DNA of 64,000 bases, taken from contig CAVRJY010000004.1 in the NCBI GenBank assembly GCA_963721805.1, forward strand, positions 96,001-160,000, given 5' to 3'. Below are positions 8,514-19,007 of this stretch, one piece after another. Source of the DNA: Nitrospirota bacterium (lineage in GTDB: Bacteria > Nitrospirota > Thermodesulfovibrionia > Thermodesulfovibrionales > JdFR-86). Within the stretch, counting starts at the first letter, position 1. Each line of letters opens with the position of its first letter. Made by a program: the position numbers and the translations under genes. Under the pieces are notes generated by a model. That model did not search any database. It was not told the DNA's origin and was given only the letters and a program-made list of their open reading frames with translations.

Positions 8514-11500
8514 ATGGCAAAGATCAGGATTCACGAGCTCGCAAAACAGCTTGATATAGCGAACAAGGAGATTATAACATTCCTTGAGAAAAACGGCATT
8601 GCGGGCAAGACCCACTCTTCGAGCATCGAGGACGACCTCGTCGGAAAGATCACGGGCGCACTCGGCAAGAAGGCAGCCGCTTCTGCGGCGGCCCCGGCGG
8701 CCCCGGCCGCAACCAAGGCCCCTTCACAGCAGCCAGCGAAGCCCGGCGTTCAGCCCGGAACTCAGCCCGGAGCCCAGATAGTCAAGCCGGCCGAACCACG
8801 CCCGCGATTCATACACAAGCCTCCGTATGGCCGCCCGGCACAGCCGGCAACCACATCCACTGCGACAACCACACCGCCTGCCCAGACGACGACCCCAGGC
8901 GCCCCACAGCAGCCAAGTGGCGGGTATCAGGGACAGCGCCCCAGCGGCCCAGGCACCGGATATCAGGGTCAGCGCCCCAGCGGCCCCGGTGCCGGATATC
9001 AGGGACAGAGGCCCAGCGGCCCGGGCACCGGATATCAGGGTCAGCGCCCCAGCGGCCCAGGCACCGGGTATCAGGGTCAGAGGCCTAGCAGCCCCGGCAC
9101 CGGATATCAGGGACAGCGCCCCAGCGGCCCGGGCACCGGATATCAGGGCCAGCGCCCCAGCGGCCCAGGCACCGGGTATCAGGGTCAGAGGCCTAGCGGC
9201 CCAGGCACCGGATATCAGGGCGGACAGCGCCCCAGCGGCCCGGGCACCGGGTATCAGGGACAGAGGCCCAGCGGCCCCGGCACCGGATATCAGGGCGGAC
9301 AGCGCCCCGGCGGCGGGTATCAGGACCGCAAACCAGCAGGCCCTCCCGGCACAAAGGGCGGGTATCAGGGCCGTCCTCCTCTCCCGAGGGGTGAGCAGCG
9401 CCCGAAGCCCGCAACGACGCCTAACTATTCCCTTAAGCCCCGGTACGAGCCCCCGAGGGATTCATCCGCGGGCGTCACGGTAGGCGACCTGCTGAAGCAG
9501 CCCCTGGAGATAACGGTTGTACCGCGCATAGGTGAGGAAGAGGCCGAGGCCAAGGTCCCGGACCGTTACAGAAAGACGATCGAGGCCGACAAGGTCGAGA
9601 AATTCAAGGCCAAGCCCGCGATGGGCAAGGCCTTCCAGGCCATACGCAAGATAGACCAGAAGAAGTGGCATGACCCGAGGGGCGGAAAGAGGCCCGGGGG
9701 CGGCGGGTACCGCTACGGCGGCAAGTCCGATTCGAAGGGCCCGCTTACGACCGCGCCTCGCAAGAAGGTCATAAAGCTCATGGAAGGCGCGACCGTAAAG
9801 GAGTTCGCCGAGCTCATAAGCGTCAAGCTCTCGGATATCATCAAGAAATTCATGGAGATGGGCCTTACGCCCACGTTAAACCAGCCGATAGACATAGACG
9901 CGGCCCTCCTCGTGGCCGATGCCTTTGGCGTAAACGTCGAGATCGCCGAGGCCGAGGACATGGTCACAGAGGAGGAGCTCGTAATCGACGAGACCTCCAC
10001 CCTCGTGCACCGGCCCCCGGTCGTCACTATCATGGGCCACGTCGACCACGGCAAGACCTCGCTGCTGGACGCGATCCGCCAGACCAAGGTAACGGAATCC
10101 GAGGCCGGCGGCATCACGCAGCACATCGGCGCATACAAGGTCTCTCTGAAGGGCAAGGAAATCGTATTCCTGGACACCCCGGGCCACGAGGCCTTCACGG
10201 CCCTGCGCGCACGCGGCGCGAAGGTCACGGACATCGTAGTGCTTATAGTCGCGGCCGACGACGGCGTCAAGCCCCAGACCATCGAGGCCATCGACCACGC
10301 CAAGGCCGCCGGGGTCCCGATCATCGTCGCGATCAACAAGATCGACAAGCCCGGCGCGAACCCGCAGCTGGTCAAGACCGAACTCATGTCGCACCAGATA
10401 GTGCCCGAGGAATACGGCGGCAAGAACATCTTCGCCGAGATCTCGGCCAAGCAGCGCATAGGCATAGAAAACCTGCTGGAACTCATACTCCTGCAGGCCG
10501 ACATGCTCGAACTAAAGGCCAACCCCGACCGCCACGCCAGAGGCGCGATCATCGAAGCCCGGCTCGACAAGGGCCGCGGCCCGGTGGCGACCGTGCTGGT
10601 GCAAAACGGGACGCTCCGCCCCGGCGACGTATTCCTGGCGGGCATGCAGGCCGGCCGCGTAAGGCTTCTGCACGACGACATGGGCAAGCGCATCGAGTCA
10701 GCCGGGCCTTCGACCCCGGTTGAGGTCATGGGCTTCAGCGGCGTGCCGACGGCCGGAGACATCTTCATCTCGATGGACGACGAGCGCCGCGCAAGGCAGA
10801 TCGCGCTCGCGCGCGAGAACAAAATCCGCAGGGCCGAGACCGCCAAGAAGAGCAAGCTCACGCTCGACGAGGTCTACTCCAAGATCAAGGAAGGCGCGAT
10901 CAAGGACCTCAACCTCATCATAAAGGGCGACGTGCAGGGCTCGGTCGAGGCGCTCCGCGAATCCATGGCCGGCATCACGCACGAGCAGGTCAAGGTCAAC
11001 GTCATCCACTCCGCCATAGGCGGCATCAACGAAAGCGACGTGATGCTCGCGGCCGCCTCAAGCGCGATCATCATCGGATTCAACGTCCGCCCGGACGCGA
11101 AGGCCACCCAGGTGGCCGAGAAAGAGGGCGTGGACATAGAGCTTTACAACATCATCTACGAGGCCATCGACGACGTGAAGAAGGCCCTCGAAGGCATGCT
11201 CGAGCCGACCCTTAAAGAGACCATACTGGGCCACGCCGAGGTCCGCCAGACCTTCCAGGTCTCGCGCATCGGCACCATAGCGGGCTGCATGGTCACGGAC
11301 GGCCTGATCCGCCGCGCATCGGACGGCATCAGGCTGATCCGAGACAGCATCGTCGTATACACCGGGAAGATCGACACCCTGAAGCGCTTTAAGGACGACG
11401 CCAAAGAGGTCGCGACCGGCTATGAGTGCGGCATAACGATAGAGAACTTCAACGACATCAAGGTCGGTGATATAATCGAAAACTTCGTCATCGAAAAGGT

Positions 11501-11519
11501 GGCCGCGAAGTACGAATAA
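8514..11519 (+). CDS. infB: Translation initiation factor IF-2
   Basis: [29 protein letters not shown]-domain motifs; IF2 C-terminus. Confidence 0.98.
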   Translation: MAKIRIHELAKQLDIANKEIITFLEKNGIAGKTHSSSIEDDLVGKITGALGKKAAASAAAPAAPAATKAPSQQPAKPGVQPGTQPGAQIVKPAEPRPRFIHKPPYGRPAQPATTSTATTTPPAQTTTPGAPQQPSGGYQGQRPSGPGTGYQGQRPSGPGAGYQGQRPSGPGTGYQGQRPSGPGTGYQGQRPSSPGTGYQGQRPSGPGTGYQGQRPSGPGTGYQGQRPSGPGTGYQGGQRPSGPGTGYQGQRPSGPGTGYQGGQRPGGGYQDRKPAGPPGTKGGYQGRPPLPRGEQRPKPATTPNYSLKPRYEPPRDSSAGVTVGDLLKQPLEITVVPRIGEEEAEAKVPDRYRKTIEADKVEKFKAKPAMGKAFQAIRKIDQKKWHDPRGGKRPGGGGYRYGGKSDSKGPLTTAPRKKVIKLMEGATVKEFAELISVKLSDIIKKFMEMGLTPTLNQPIDIDAALLVADAFGVNVEIAEAEDMVTEEELVIDETSTLVHRPPVVTIMGHVDHGKTSLLDAIRQTKVTESEAGGITQHIGAYKVSLKGKEIVFLDTPGHEAFTALRARGAKVTDIVVLIVAADDGVKPQTIEAIDHAKAAGVPIIVAINKIDKPGANPQLVKTELMSHQIVPEEYGGKNIFAEISAKQRIGIENLLELILLQADMLELKANPDRHARGAIIEARLDKGRGPVATVLVQNGTLRPGDVFLAGMQAGRVRLLHDDMGKRIESAGPSTPVEVMGFSGVPTAGDIFISMDDERRARQIALARENKIRRAETAKKSKLTLDEVYSKIKEGAIKDLNLIIKGDVQGSVEALRESMAGITHEQVKVNVIHSAIGGINESDVMLAAASSAIIIGFNVRPDAKATQVAEKEGVDIELYNIIYEAIDDVKKALEGMLEPTLKETILGHAEVRQTFQVSRIGTIAGCMVTDGLIRRASDGIRLIRDSIVVYTGKIDTLKRFKDDAKEVATGYECGITIENFNDIKVGDIIENFVIEKVAAKYE
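8922..9314 (+). repeat. Coding tandem repeat, 36-bp unit ([12 protein letters not shown]) x10 plus one partial
   Basis: Read directly from DNA and protein; units differ mainly at synonymous positions. Confidence 0.97.
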
Positions 11520-11526
11520 AATCTGC

Positions 11527-11553
11527 GCCCTCCCCCTGAGTCAGGGGGAGGGC
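11527..11553. terminator. Perfect GC-rich hairpin after infB (no U-tract; terminator or REP-like stabiliser)
   Basis: GCCCTCCCCCTG-AGT-CAGGGGGAGGGC. Confidence 0.5.
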
Positions 11554-11628
11554 CCGGCATCCCGCACCGGAGGACTTCCCATATCCTCCCTGATGTGCTA
11601 ATTTCATACGAGAGGAGGGCCCTCCGCC

Positions 11629-11985
11629 ATGCTGCCGTATAAACGCTCGGAGCGCGTCGCTCAGCTAATCAAGAAAGAGATCTCGGAGTACCTCGCGGAG
11701 CGCGTCGCGGACCCCTCGGTAGGATTTTTCACGATCACGGACGTCACGCTCTCGGACGACCTCAAGCACGCCAAGATTTTCGTAAGCGTCCTGGACGACG
11801 CCAAGCGCGAGCACACGCTCGAGGTCCTGCGCTCGATGAAAGGCCATATCCGCGCAAACGTGCTCATGGGCCTCCGCATGAAGAACATCCCCTCGATAGA
11901 CTTCTACCACGACAGCTCTGCCGCATACGGCGACAAGATGGAACGGCTGCTCAAGAAGATCAGGGAAGAGGACTCCGCGCGGTGA
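11629..11985 (+). CDS. rbfA: Ribosome-binding factor A
   Basis: RSERVAQLIKKEIS..ITDVTLSDDLKHAKIFVS..P.IDFYHD; follows infB. Confidence 0.95.
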   Translation: MLPYKRSERVAQLIKKEISEYLAERVADPSVGFFTITDVTLSDDLKHAKIFVSVLDDAKREHTLEVLRSMKGHIRANVLMGLRMKNIPSIDFYHDSSAAYGDKMERLLKKIREEDSAR

Positions 11986-12953
11986 AAGGGATACCTGAGT
12001 TCCTCACGGGTCACGACAGGTTCCTCATAGCCACGCACCTCAACCCCGACGGCGACGGCCTCGGCTCTGCCCTCGCGCTCGGGATCGGGCTTGAGGGCAT
12101 GGGCAAGCGCGCCGCGGTCTTCGCCAAAGACGGCGTGCCCGAGACCTACCGTTTCCTCCCGATGTGGGAGAGAATACTGTCCTCGGTCCCGGCCAGGTGT
12201 CTCGCCGAGGCGTGGCCGGTCGTGTACGTCGACTGCAGCAGCCCGCGCCGCGCCGGGCTCGAAGCCGAGGCCCCGAGCCTCGGGCCGGCCGCTATCATCG
12301 ACCACCACGAGACCGAGAGCGACACCCCGGCCGTAAGCTGGGTCGACTCGCTCGCGCCTGCCGCCGGCATGATGGTATGGAGCGCGCTTAAGGCCATCTC
12401 CGCCCCGATCATCCCGGACATAGCAACCAACCTCTATGCCGCGATCTCGGTCGACACCGGGATGTTCAGATACCCGAACACGACGGCCGAGGCCCTCCGC
12501 GTGGGGGCGGACCTCATAGACGCCGGGGCGCACCCCGCATCGGTCGCAAGCGGGCTGTACGAGAGCTGGAGCCGCAACCGCTTCGAGCTCTTTCAGCTCT
12601 CGATCCGGTCGATGGAGATCCGGGGCGAGGCCGCGTTCATGGCGGTCACGCAGGAGATGCTGCGCGCCACCGGCGCCTCGCAGGCCGAGACCGAAAACAT
12701 CGTCAACTACCCGCTGATGATCCGCGACGTCCGCGTATCGGTGATGCTCCGGGAGGTCCGCGAGGGTGCCTGGAAGGCATCGCTTCGTAGCAAGGGCAAG
12801 GTGAACGTCGCGCGCATCTGCGAGCATTTTGGCGGCGGGGGCCATATGAACGCGGCCGGATGCCAGCTCAGCGGCGACCTCGCCGCGGCCAGGCTCGCGA
12901 TACTCGACGCGGTCAGCCGATGGGTCACGGTCGGGACATCGGACAGCCGTTAA
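11982..12953 (+). CDS. nrnA: DHH/DHHA1 phosphoesterase (NrnA-like oligoribonuclease/pAp phosphatase)
   Basis: HLNPDGDGLGS, IIDHH, DTGMF, SLRS, GGGH motifs; typical position after rbfA. Confidence 0.9.
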   Translation: MKGIPEFLTGHDRFLIATHLNPDGDGLGSALALGIGLEGMGKRAAVFAKDGVPETYRFLPMWERILSSVPARCLAEAWPVVYVDCSSPRRAGLEAEAPSLGPAAIIDHHETESDTPAVSWVDSLAPAAGMMVWSALKAISAPIIPDIATNLYAAISVDTGMFRYPNTTAEALRVGADLIDAGAHPASVASGLYESWSRNRFELFQLSIRSMEIRGEAAFMAVTQEMLRATGASQAETENIVNYPLMIRDVRVSVMLREVREGAWKASLRSKGKVNVARICEHFGGGGHMNAAGCQLSGDLAAARLAILDAVSRWVTVGTSDSR

Positions 12954-12996
12954 TCGCCTAACGCGTGGTTGATTCTGGCTGCGAGTGAGATAGGCC

Positions 12997-13332
12997 CTAA
13001 GGTCTGAGGGACTTGTTGCACTCCGAGCAGTAGTCCCTCATCGGGACGTACTTGCCGCAGTTTGAGCAGCGGACGAGTTCTATCGGAAGTTCCCTGCCGC
13101 ACTTGCCGCAAAACGATGCACCGTCGGGGTTGGGAGCGCCGCAAAACGGGCACCTCTTTGCCATCGCCGGGCGGAGCTTGCTTGAGAGCAGCGCCAGCAG
13201 GATGATCATGAACGGGAAGATCGCGCATATCGCGCCCCAGGCGATCCAGTTTCGGCCCTTCTTGTCCGCAATCAGCGCCCCGGCCACCCCAGCCGCAAGC
13301 GTGAGAAAAAACATATTCCTGAACAAAAACAA
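12997..13332 (-). CDS. Membrane protein with double zinc-ribbon C-terminus
   Basis: Two TM helices (IADKKGR..W) then four CxxC pairs; TTG start abuts the hemC stop. Confidence 0.8.
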   Translation of the reverse strand: MFLFRNMFFLTLAAGVAGALIADKKGRNWIAWGAICAIFPFMIILLALLSSKLRPAMAKRCPFCGAPNPDGASFCGKCGRELPIELVRCSNCGKYVPMRDYCSECNKSLRP

Positions 13333-14271
13333 CTAAGCCTTACCGCCTTCGCCGTATACCTTCGCGAGTATCACGTCCGCACCCCTAGAGAGCAGCTCCT
13401 CCGCGATCTGAAGCCCCAGCTTCCCGGCATCGGCCTCCGGCACGCCTTTGCGCCCGGTGCGTATGATCTTCGAGCCGTCGGGCTCGCCCACGAGCCCCTC
13501 CATGTCGAGCAGCCCATCATGGAGCACAGCATGCCCGGCTATGGGAACCTGACAGCCGCCCTCGAGCCGGATTAAGAGCGCGCGCTCCGCGGTCACGCAT
13601 ACGGCGGTATCGTGGTCGTTCAGGGGTGCTAGCAGCTCGTTTATGAACGCGTCATCCACGCGGCACTCAACCCCGACCGCGCCCTGCGCTATCGCCGGGA
13701 GACTCACCGCCGGGTCTATGTATTCGACTATCCGCTCGCCCCAGCCCAGGCGCCTCACGCCGGCCGCGGCCAGCATTATCGCGTCGAACTGGCCCTCGTC
13801 AAGCTTCCTGAAGCGTGTCTCCAGATTTCCCCGCAGCATCGCGATCTTCAGGTCCGGCCTTACGCTCAGAATCTGGCAAGACCTCCGCAGGCTAGATGTG
13901 CCGACGGTCGCGCCGTGCGGCAGGTCCGCGAACTTGACGCCCTTCGAGATGAGGCAGTCGCGCGGGTCCTCGCGCTTGAGGATCGCCGTGAGGTGCAGCC
14001 TCTCGGGCAGCACCGTAGGGACGTCCTTCATGCTGTGCACCGCCAAGTCGCAGCCGCCGTCCAGCAGCGCCTCCTCGATCTCCTTGACGAAGAGCCCCTT
14101 GCCGCCGACCTTCGCAAGCGGGACGTCGAGGATCTTGTCGCCGGTCGTCTTGATCTTGTTGAGCTCGACCGTGAGGCCGGGGCGGAGCTGCATCAGCAGG
14201 GAGCGCACCCATTCGGCCTGCCATAAGGCCAGTTTACTACCCCTAGTACCAATTACAATTTTATCTCTCAT
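13333..14271 (-). CDS. hemC: Porphobilinogen deaminase
   Basis: IGTRGSKLALWQ, GKGLFVKEIE, VHSMKDVP, GTSSLRR, LEGGCQVP. Confidence 0.97.
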   Translation of the reverse strand: MRDKIVIGTRGSKLALWQAEWVRSLLMQLRPGLTVELNKIKTTGDKILDVPLAKVGGKGLFVKEIEEALLDGGCDLAVHSMKDVPTVLPERLHLTAILKREDPRDCLISKGVKFADLPHGATVGTSSLRRSCQILSVRPDLKIAMLRGNLETRFRKLDEGQFDAIMLAAAGVRRLGWGERIVEYIDPAVSLPAIAQGAVGVECRVDDAFINELLAPLNDHDTAVCVTAERALLIRLEGGCQVPIAGHAVLHDGLLDMEGLVGEPDGSKIIRTGRKGVPEADAGKLGLQIAEELLSRGADVILAKVYGEGGKA

Positions 14272-14309
14272 AAGACACATATTATAACACGGCACAACGG
14301 GCTCATTTC

Positions 14310-14472
14310 AAAGCGCGCGAAATACGCGTGATACTGCGTCAGGGCTTCAAAGACGCGCCCTCGGAGTACGTCACAGTACACCGTCGGGCGGTCTCCTCGC
14401 CCTTCCTTGTCTGACACGATTTCTCGCACTTTAAGTTACTGAAACGTAATCGTGCGAGCGGTCAACTGCATT
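14310..14472 (+). repeat. Dispersed rod-like repeat, copy B
   Basis: AAAGCGCGCGAAAT...TGATACTGCGTC...GTAC-GTCACA-GTAC...CCTTGTCTGA...ATTTCTCGCACTTT; tail GGTCAACTGCATT. Confidence 0.85.
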
Positions 14473-14738
14473 AGTTTAAAGATGAGCGCTGTGGCGCGAA
14501 TAGTGAGAGGGGGCCTTGACCCCGCGAATAGGAGCCGGGGGGCGCTGCCCCCCTGTAGGTAGAATTACCTAATTGACTTATGCGGCTGATGGTATTAAGC
14601 TAGTGCATGCAGTGAGGGGGATAGGGCCAGGGGTGGCCACCGCCCGTCCGGGATTTATTCAGGGCGGACGTGTATAATTGAAACCTCACGTCGCGTCCAA
14701 TCTGAATCCTACTGACGTACCAGGGGGGTATTTTTTTC

Positions 14739-16052
14739 TTGAACAGCTTACTCTTGCTTGCGGGGGCCGAGGCCGACTCCATTGTCTCGGCGCTCGGGCA
14801 GGGCTCGTACAGCATATCGGTCAAGGCCAAGCTTCCGGCCGCGCTCCGGGCGATAGAGGGCCGCGAGGTCGTGGTCGTAGGCCGCGAGTTCGGCCCCGAC
14901 GCGGCCTCTGACATACTCGCATACAACCCCGAATGCCTGGTCATACTTCTGCACGACGGCGATGCGCCCGAGGAGTGCGGGGCATACGAGTGCATAGAGG
15001 CAGGGCGCACGGCGCGGCGGCTACCGGCCGCGGTCAAAAACGCGGTGCGGCTTCAGCGGATGCGCGACGACCTGCGCGACCTCATGGGCGAGCACAAGCT
15101 CCCGCACTTCCTGAAAAGCAGGCACAAGGGGATGCAGCGCTCGATGCGCATGATCGAGGAGGCCGCCCTCATAAACGAGCCCGTGCTGCTCATGGGCGAG
15201 AGGGGCACCGGACGCGGATCGGCCGCGCGCGCGATCCATGCCGGGGGGCCGCGGCGCACCTCGGCCTTCGTCACGCTCGAGCCCGTGCGCGACGGCGTCG
15301 AGGCCGAGCTCTTCGGCAGGCTCTCGGGCGGGGACCTCAGCGAGGGCCTCCTGCACAAGGCCGACGGCGGCACGCTGTATCTGGGCGACGTCGGCCCGAT
15401 CTCGGGCGAGCTTACGCGCGGCATCATGGGGCTGCTCGGCAACCGCATGTTCAGGCCGGTAGGCTCGCCTGCCGAGGCCCGCTCCGACGCGCGGATCATA
15501 TGCGGGGTCAACGGCGGGCCGGTCGACGAGGCCCTGCTTGCGATGTTCCCGGTCAGGGTCACGCTGCCCCCGCTTCGGGAGCGCGGCGACGACATCATGC
15601 CGCTGGCCGAGGTCTTTCTGGCCGAGGCGATAGATGAGTTCGGCACCGGGCTGAAGAAGTTCACGCGCGGCGCCAGGAAGCTGATGATGGAGTACCCCTG
15701 GCCCGGCAACGTCAAGGAACTCAAGTACGCGGTCAGGAAGGCCGTGCTTCTATCGCCGGGGCCGCGCATCGAGGAGCGCCACCTTGGCACCCCCGGAGCC
15801 CTCTCGCACGTCACGATGAAGGAGTTCCTGGCTGAGAAGCTCACCTCGTATATACGCGACATGGCCCGCTGCGGCCGCTCCGACATTCACCAGACCGTGA
15901 TCGCGGAGGCCGAGCGCGCGCTGGTCGAACTCGCGCTGGCCGAGACCGGCGGCAACCAGGTGAGGGCCTCGCGCGCACTCGGGATCTCGCGCGCCACGCT
16001 CCGCACGAAGATCAAGTCATACGGCATCACCCCCCCGGCCGCTGCCGAATGA
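14739..16052 (+). CDS. Degenerate NtrC-like (sigma54 activator-type) regulator with Fis-type HTH
   Basis: PVLLMGERGTG, ELFG, ADGGTLYL, LPPLRER, WPGNV, GGNQVRASRALGISRATL; catalytic motifs altered. Confidence 0.8.
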   Translation: MNSLLLLAGAEADSIVSALGQGSYSISVKAKLPAALRAIEGREVVVVGREFGPDAASDILAYNPECLVILLHDGDAPEECGAYECIEAGRTARRLPAAVKNAVRLQRMRDDLRDLMGEHKLPHFLKSRHKGMQRSMRMIEEAALINEPVLLMGERGTGRGSAARAIHAGGPRRTSAFVTLEPVRDGVEAELFGRLSGGDLSEGLLHKADGGTLYLGDVGPISGELTRGIMGLLGNRMFRPVGSPAEARSDARIICGVNGGPVDEALLAMFPVRVTLPPLRERGDDIMPLAEVFLAEAIDEFGTGLKKFTRGARKLMMEYPWPGNVKELKYAVRKAVLLSPGPRIEERHLGTPGALSHVTMKEFLAEKLTSYIRDMARCGRSDIHQTVIAEAERALVELALAETGGNQVRASRALGISRATLRTKIKSYGITPPAAAE

Positions 16053-16241
16053 AAAACCCTGCAGCAAGCTGCAGGGAATTGCAAGTTAAAGCCTGATACG
16101 CCCTCCCGCAGCGCCTCGCGCCGCCTTCGCGGCAATCCATGCTTAACATAAAAACTAAACTTGCAGCTAGACATCCAACGTAATCGGTGGTAATATGAGT
16201 TGGGGGTAGTATCGTCTTGGGGGGCCTCACGGAGGCTGCGG

Positions 16242-18911
16242 ATGATGGGGAGCGATACAGGCCAGGGAGCAACGAGGCGCAAGCTGTTGCTTTTCGCAGC
16301 GCTGACCTTGCTTGCCTATGCCGGCAACGTCGTAACCCTCCATATGTTCTTCAACGTGGCCTTCGTCTTCGGGAGCATATTCTGGATGCTCTCGATCGTG
16401 CTGTGCGGCCCCGCCCTCGGGATGCTCTCGGCCGTGATCGCCTCGGCGCAGTCGTATATCACCTGGCACAGCCCTTACACTGTCTTTACCTTCATCTCCG
16501 AGGCCGCGTTCGTGGCCATTATATATTCAAGGCGCGGCGGGAGCCTTCTGCTGCTGGACGCGATCTTCTGGATCGCGCTCGGCATCCCGATGGGGCTGGG
16601 GATGCACATGCTGAACCTCGACGTCAGCCACTCAGCCGTATACGTCATCGTCCTGAAGCAGGCGATAAACGGGATCTTCAACACCCTCGTCGCGACGCTG
16701 GCCTTGAGCGTCGCCTACCGCATCCCCTGGGTCACGGGCCATGCCCCGGTGCGCCGGGGCCGCAGCATGCACGAGATGCTGTTCGCGGTCATGGCGGCGA
16801 TGATACTTTTCCCGTCCCTGATAGGGATGATCGTCACGAGCAGGGGGAGTTTCAACAAGATGGAACACCGGGTGATCGAGGAGACGCTTTACGCCTCGTC
16901 CCACCTGGATACCACGCTCAACGCGTGGCTCGATGACCACAGCGCGTCGGTCAGGGCCCTGGCGATTTATGCGGAAGACCCGTCGGGCGGCTCGCAGATG
17001 CGCAATCAGGCCCTGCTTTCGGCGATCATCACAGCATCGCCGGGCTTTGAACGCATGGGCATCCTGAATACGGCATACAGGAGCGTTGCGTTTTGGCCCC
17101 CGTCGGTCGGCGGCAGGTCAAACATAGGCCTGGACCTCTCGGACAGGGAATACATCACGAAACTCAGCGCCCTAAACGAGCTCTCGTTCTCGGGCATCCT
17201 GTCGGCGCGCGCCGGGCCGCCTAATTACGTCGTAGCCATCGCATCGCCGATAGTCCGCGACGGCCAGTTGCGCGGGGTAGCCCTGGGCTCGATCCTCTCC
17301 GGCGAACTCTCCAAAACCATGCGCGCGGCCCTAGGCCGCAAGGACATGGCCGCGACGCTCGTCGACTCGACCGGCAGCGTAATAGCGAGCACCGAGTTCG
17401 CCATCGAGCCCAAGAGCGCGTTTGGGGGCATCGAGACGTATGACGCCACAGAGGTCGCTAAAGGCGTATCGCGCCTGAGCCCCAGGGAAATGAAAAACGC
17501 CCCTGTGGCCGAGAAATGGGCCACCTCGCTTTACTACACCTCGGTCCCCCTGTCAGTGGCTCCGGGCTGGAAGCTCGTGGTCGAGACACCTGTGAAACCA
17601 TACCATGCGATGCTGAACTCCGAGGCCCTCTCGCTGCTGTACCTCATGATGGCCGTAACCGTCGTGGCGGTCTTCGGCTCCTTTGGGCTCAGCAGGGCGG
17701 CGGCCGGCGTAATCAATAAGATCGGCGAGGCCACGGCCGGTCTGCCTGAGCGGCTCGAGCGGGGCGAGGACGTGGAGCTGCCCCGAAGCGGCATCAGGGA
17801 GGTCGCGGCCCTCATAGAGAATTTCCGCTCAATGGCCGGGGCGCTCAACGCGCGCTTCCTCGAACTCAGGGAGGCCCGCCATACGTTGGAGTACAAGGTC
17901 GAGGAGCGCACGCACGAACTCGCCGAGGCCCACGACATGCTGCTGTCCGTCCTCGACGGGATGAGCTCGCTCGTGTATGTCGCGGACATGCAGAGCCATG
18001 AGGTCCTGTTCATGAACCGCGAGATGAAGGACGCCTTCGGCGACGCGACCGGCAGGAAGTGCTGGGCTTCGCTTCGCTCGGGGATGCAGGGGCCGTGCCC
18101 CGACTGCGTCAACGACCGCCTGGCCCTGGGCGCGCCCGAGCCGGTGGTGGCCGAGATCCTGAGCGATGCCGGGCGCTGGTACGAGGTCAGCAGCCGCGCG
18201 ATCAGGTGGATCGACGGCCGGACGGTCAGGCTCTCGGTCGGCATGGACGTATCGGAGCGCCGCGAGGCCGAGCAGGCCCTGAGGGACTCGCTCGTCGAGA
18301 AGGAGATGCTGATCAGGGAGGTCCACCACAGGGTCAAGAACAACCTGGCGGTGATATCGAGCCTCCTGTCGCTGCAGTCCCGGCGCATCGAGGACGAGGA
18401 GACCCGCGACATCTTCAACGACAGCCAGAGCCGCGTGCGCTCGATGTCGATGATCCACGAGCGCCTCTACCGCTCCGGTGACCAGAAGAGCATCGAGATC
18501 TCGGAATACGTCAGCGCGCTCGCCGGACAGATCGGCCGATCGTTCGACTCAAGCGGGACGGCCGTGAGGTTCGAGCTTCATGTGCCGAAGACGCAGATGG
18601 ACGTCGATACCGCGATCCCCTGCGGCCTGATCATAAACGAACTGGTCACTAACGCCTTCAAGCACGCCTTCACGGGCGGCCGCGAGGGCGTGCTCCAAAT
18701 ATCGCTATCGAGGGCCGAGGGCGGGGCCTACTACCTCGTCGTGCGCGACAACGGCGAGGGGCTGCCAGAGGGCGCCGCCTCGTCCCACTCGCTCGGCCTG
18801 ACTATCGTCTCGACCCTCGTCAAGCAGCTTAAGGGCACGATGGAGGTCCGCGCCGTGAAGGGCAGCGGCACGGAGTTCGATATCACGTTCTACGAGCGCA
18901 AGATCGGGTGA
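16242..18911 (+). CDS. Membrane sensor histidine kinase (HisKA_2 type) with Cache-like and PAS domains
   Basis: REVHHRVKNNL H-box; LIINELVTNAFKHAF; DNGEG; ATG at 16242 after GGAGG. Confidence 0.9.
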   Translation: MMGSDTGQGATRRKLLLFAALTLLAYAGNVVTLHMFFNVAFVFGSIFWMLSIVLCGPALGMLSAVIASAQSYITWHSPYTVFTFISEAAFVAIIYSRRGGSLLLLDAIFWIALGIPMGLGMHMLNLDVSHSAVYVIVLKQAINGIFNTLVATLALSVAYRIPWVTGHAPVRRGRSMHEMLFAVMAAMILFPSLIGMIVTSRGSFNKMEHRVIEETLYASSHLDTTLNAWLDDHSASVRALAIYAEDPSGGSQMRNQALLSAIITASPGFERMGILNTAYRSVAFWPPSVGGRSNIGLDLSDREYITKLSALNELSFSGILSARAGPPNYVVAIASPIVRDGQLRGVALGSILSGELSKTMRAALGRKDMAATLVDSTGSVIASTEFAIEPKSAFGGIETYDATEVAKGVSRLSPREMKNAPVAEKWATSLYYTSVPLSVAPGWKLVVETPVKPYHAMLNSEALSLLYLMMAVTVVAVFGSFGLSRAAAGVINKIGEATAGLPERLERGEDVELPRSGIREVAALIENFRSMAGALNARFLELREARHTLEYKVEERTHELAEAHDMLLSVLDGMSSLVYVADMQSHEVLFMNREMKDAFGDATGRKCWASLRSGMQGPCPDCVNDRLALGAPEPVVAEILSDAGRWYEVSSRAIRWIDGRTVRLSVGMDVSERREAEQALRDSLVEKEMLIREVHHRVKNNLAVISSLLSLQSRRIEDEETRDIFNDSQSRVRSMSMIHERLYRSGDQKSIEISEYVSALAGQIGRSFDSSGTAVRFELHVPKTQMDVDTAIPCGLIINELVTNAFKHAFTGGREGVLQISLSRAEGGAYYLVVRDNGEGLPEGAASSHSLGLTIVSTLVKQLKGTMEVRAVKGSGTEFDITFYERKIG

Positions 18912-19007
18912 TACCACACCGCGAGGGCTTCGAGAGTGAGCGGGGCACCGCGAATAAGTGAGCATGGCCCTAAGCCATGTGAATAGGGGCTAGCGGGCGC
19001 GGCCCGC

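Noticed and set aside
8922..9314. 36-bp periodic repeat as a CRISPR array
   Set aside because: Contiguous in-frame coding repeat inside infB with no unique spacers
14481..14530. Hammerhead ribozyme (GATGAG-stem-CGAA)
   Set aside because: Lacks the CUGA start and GAAA of the core, and I could not find stems I and III
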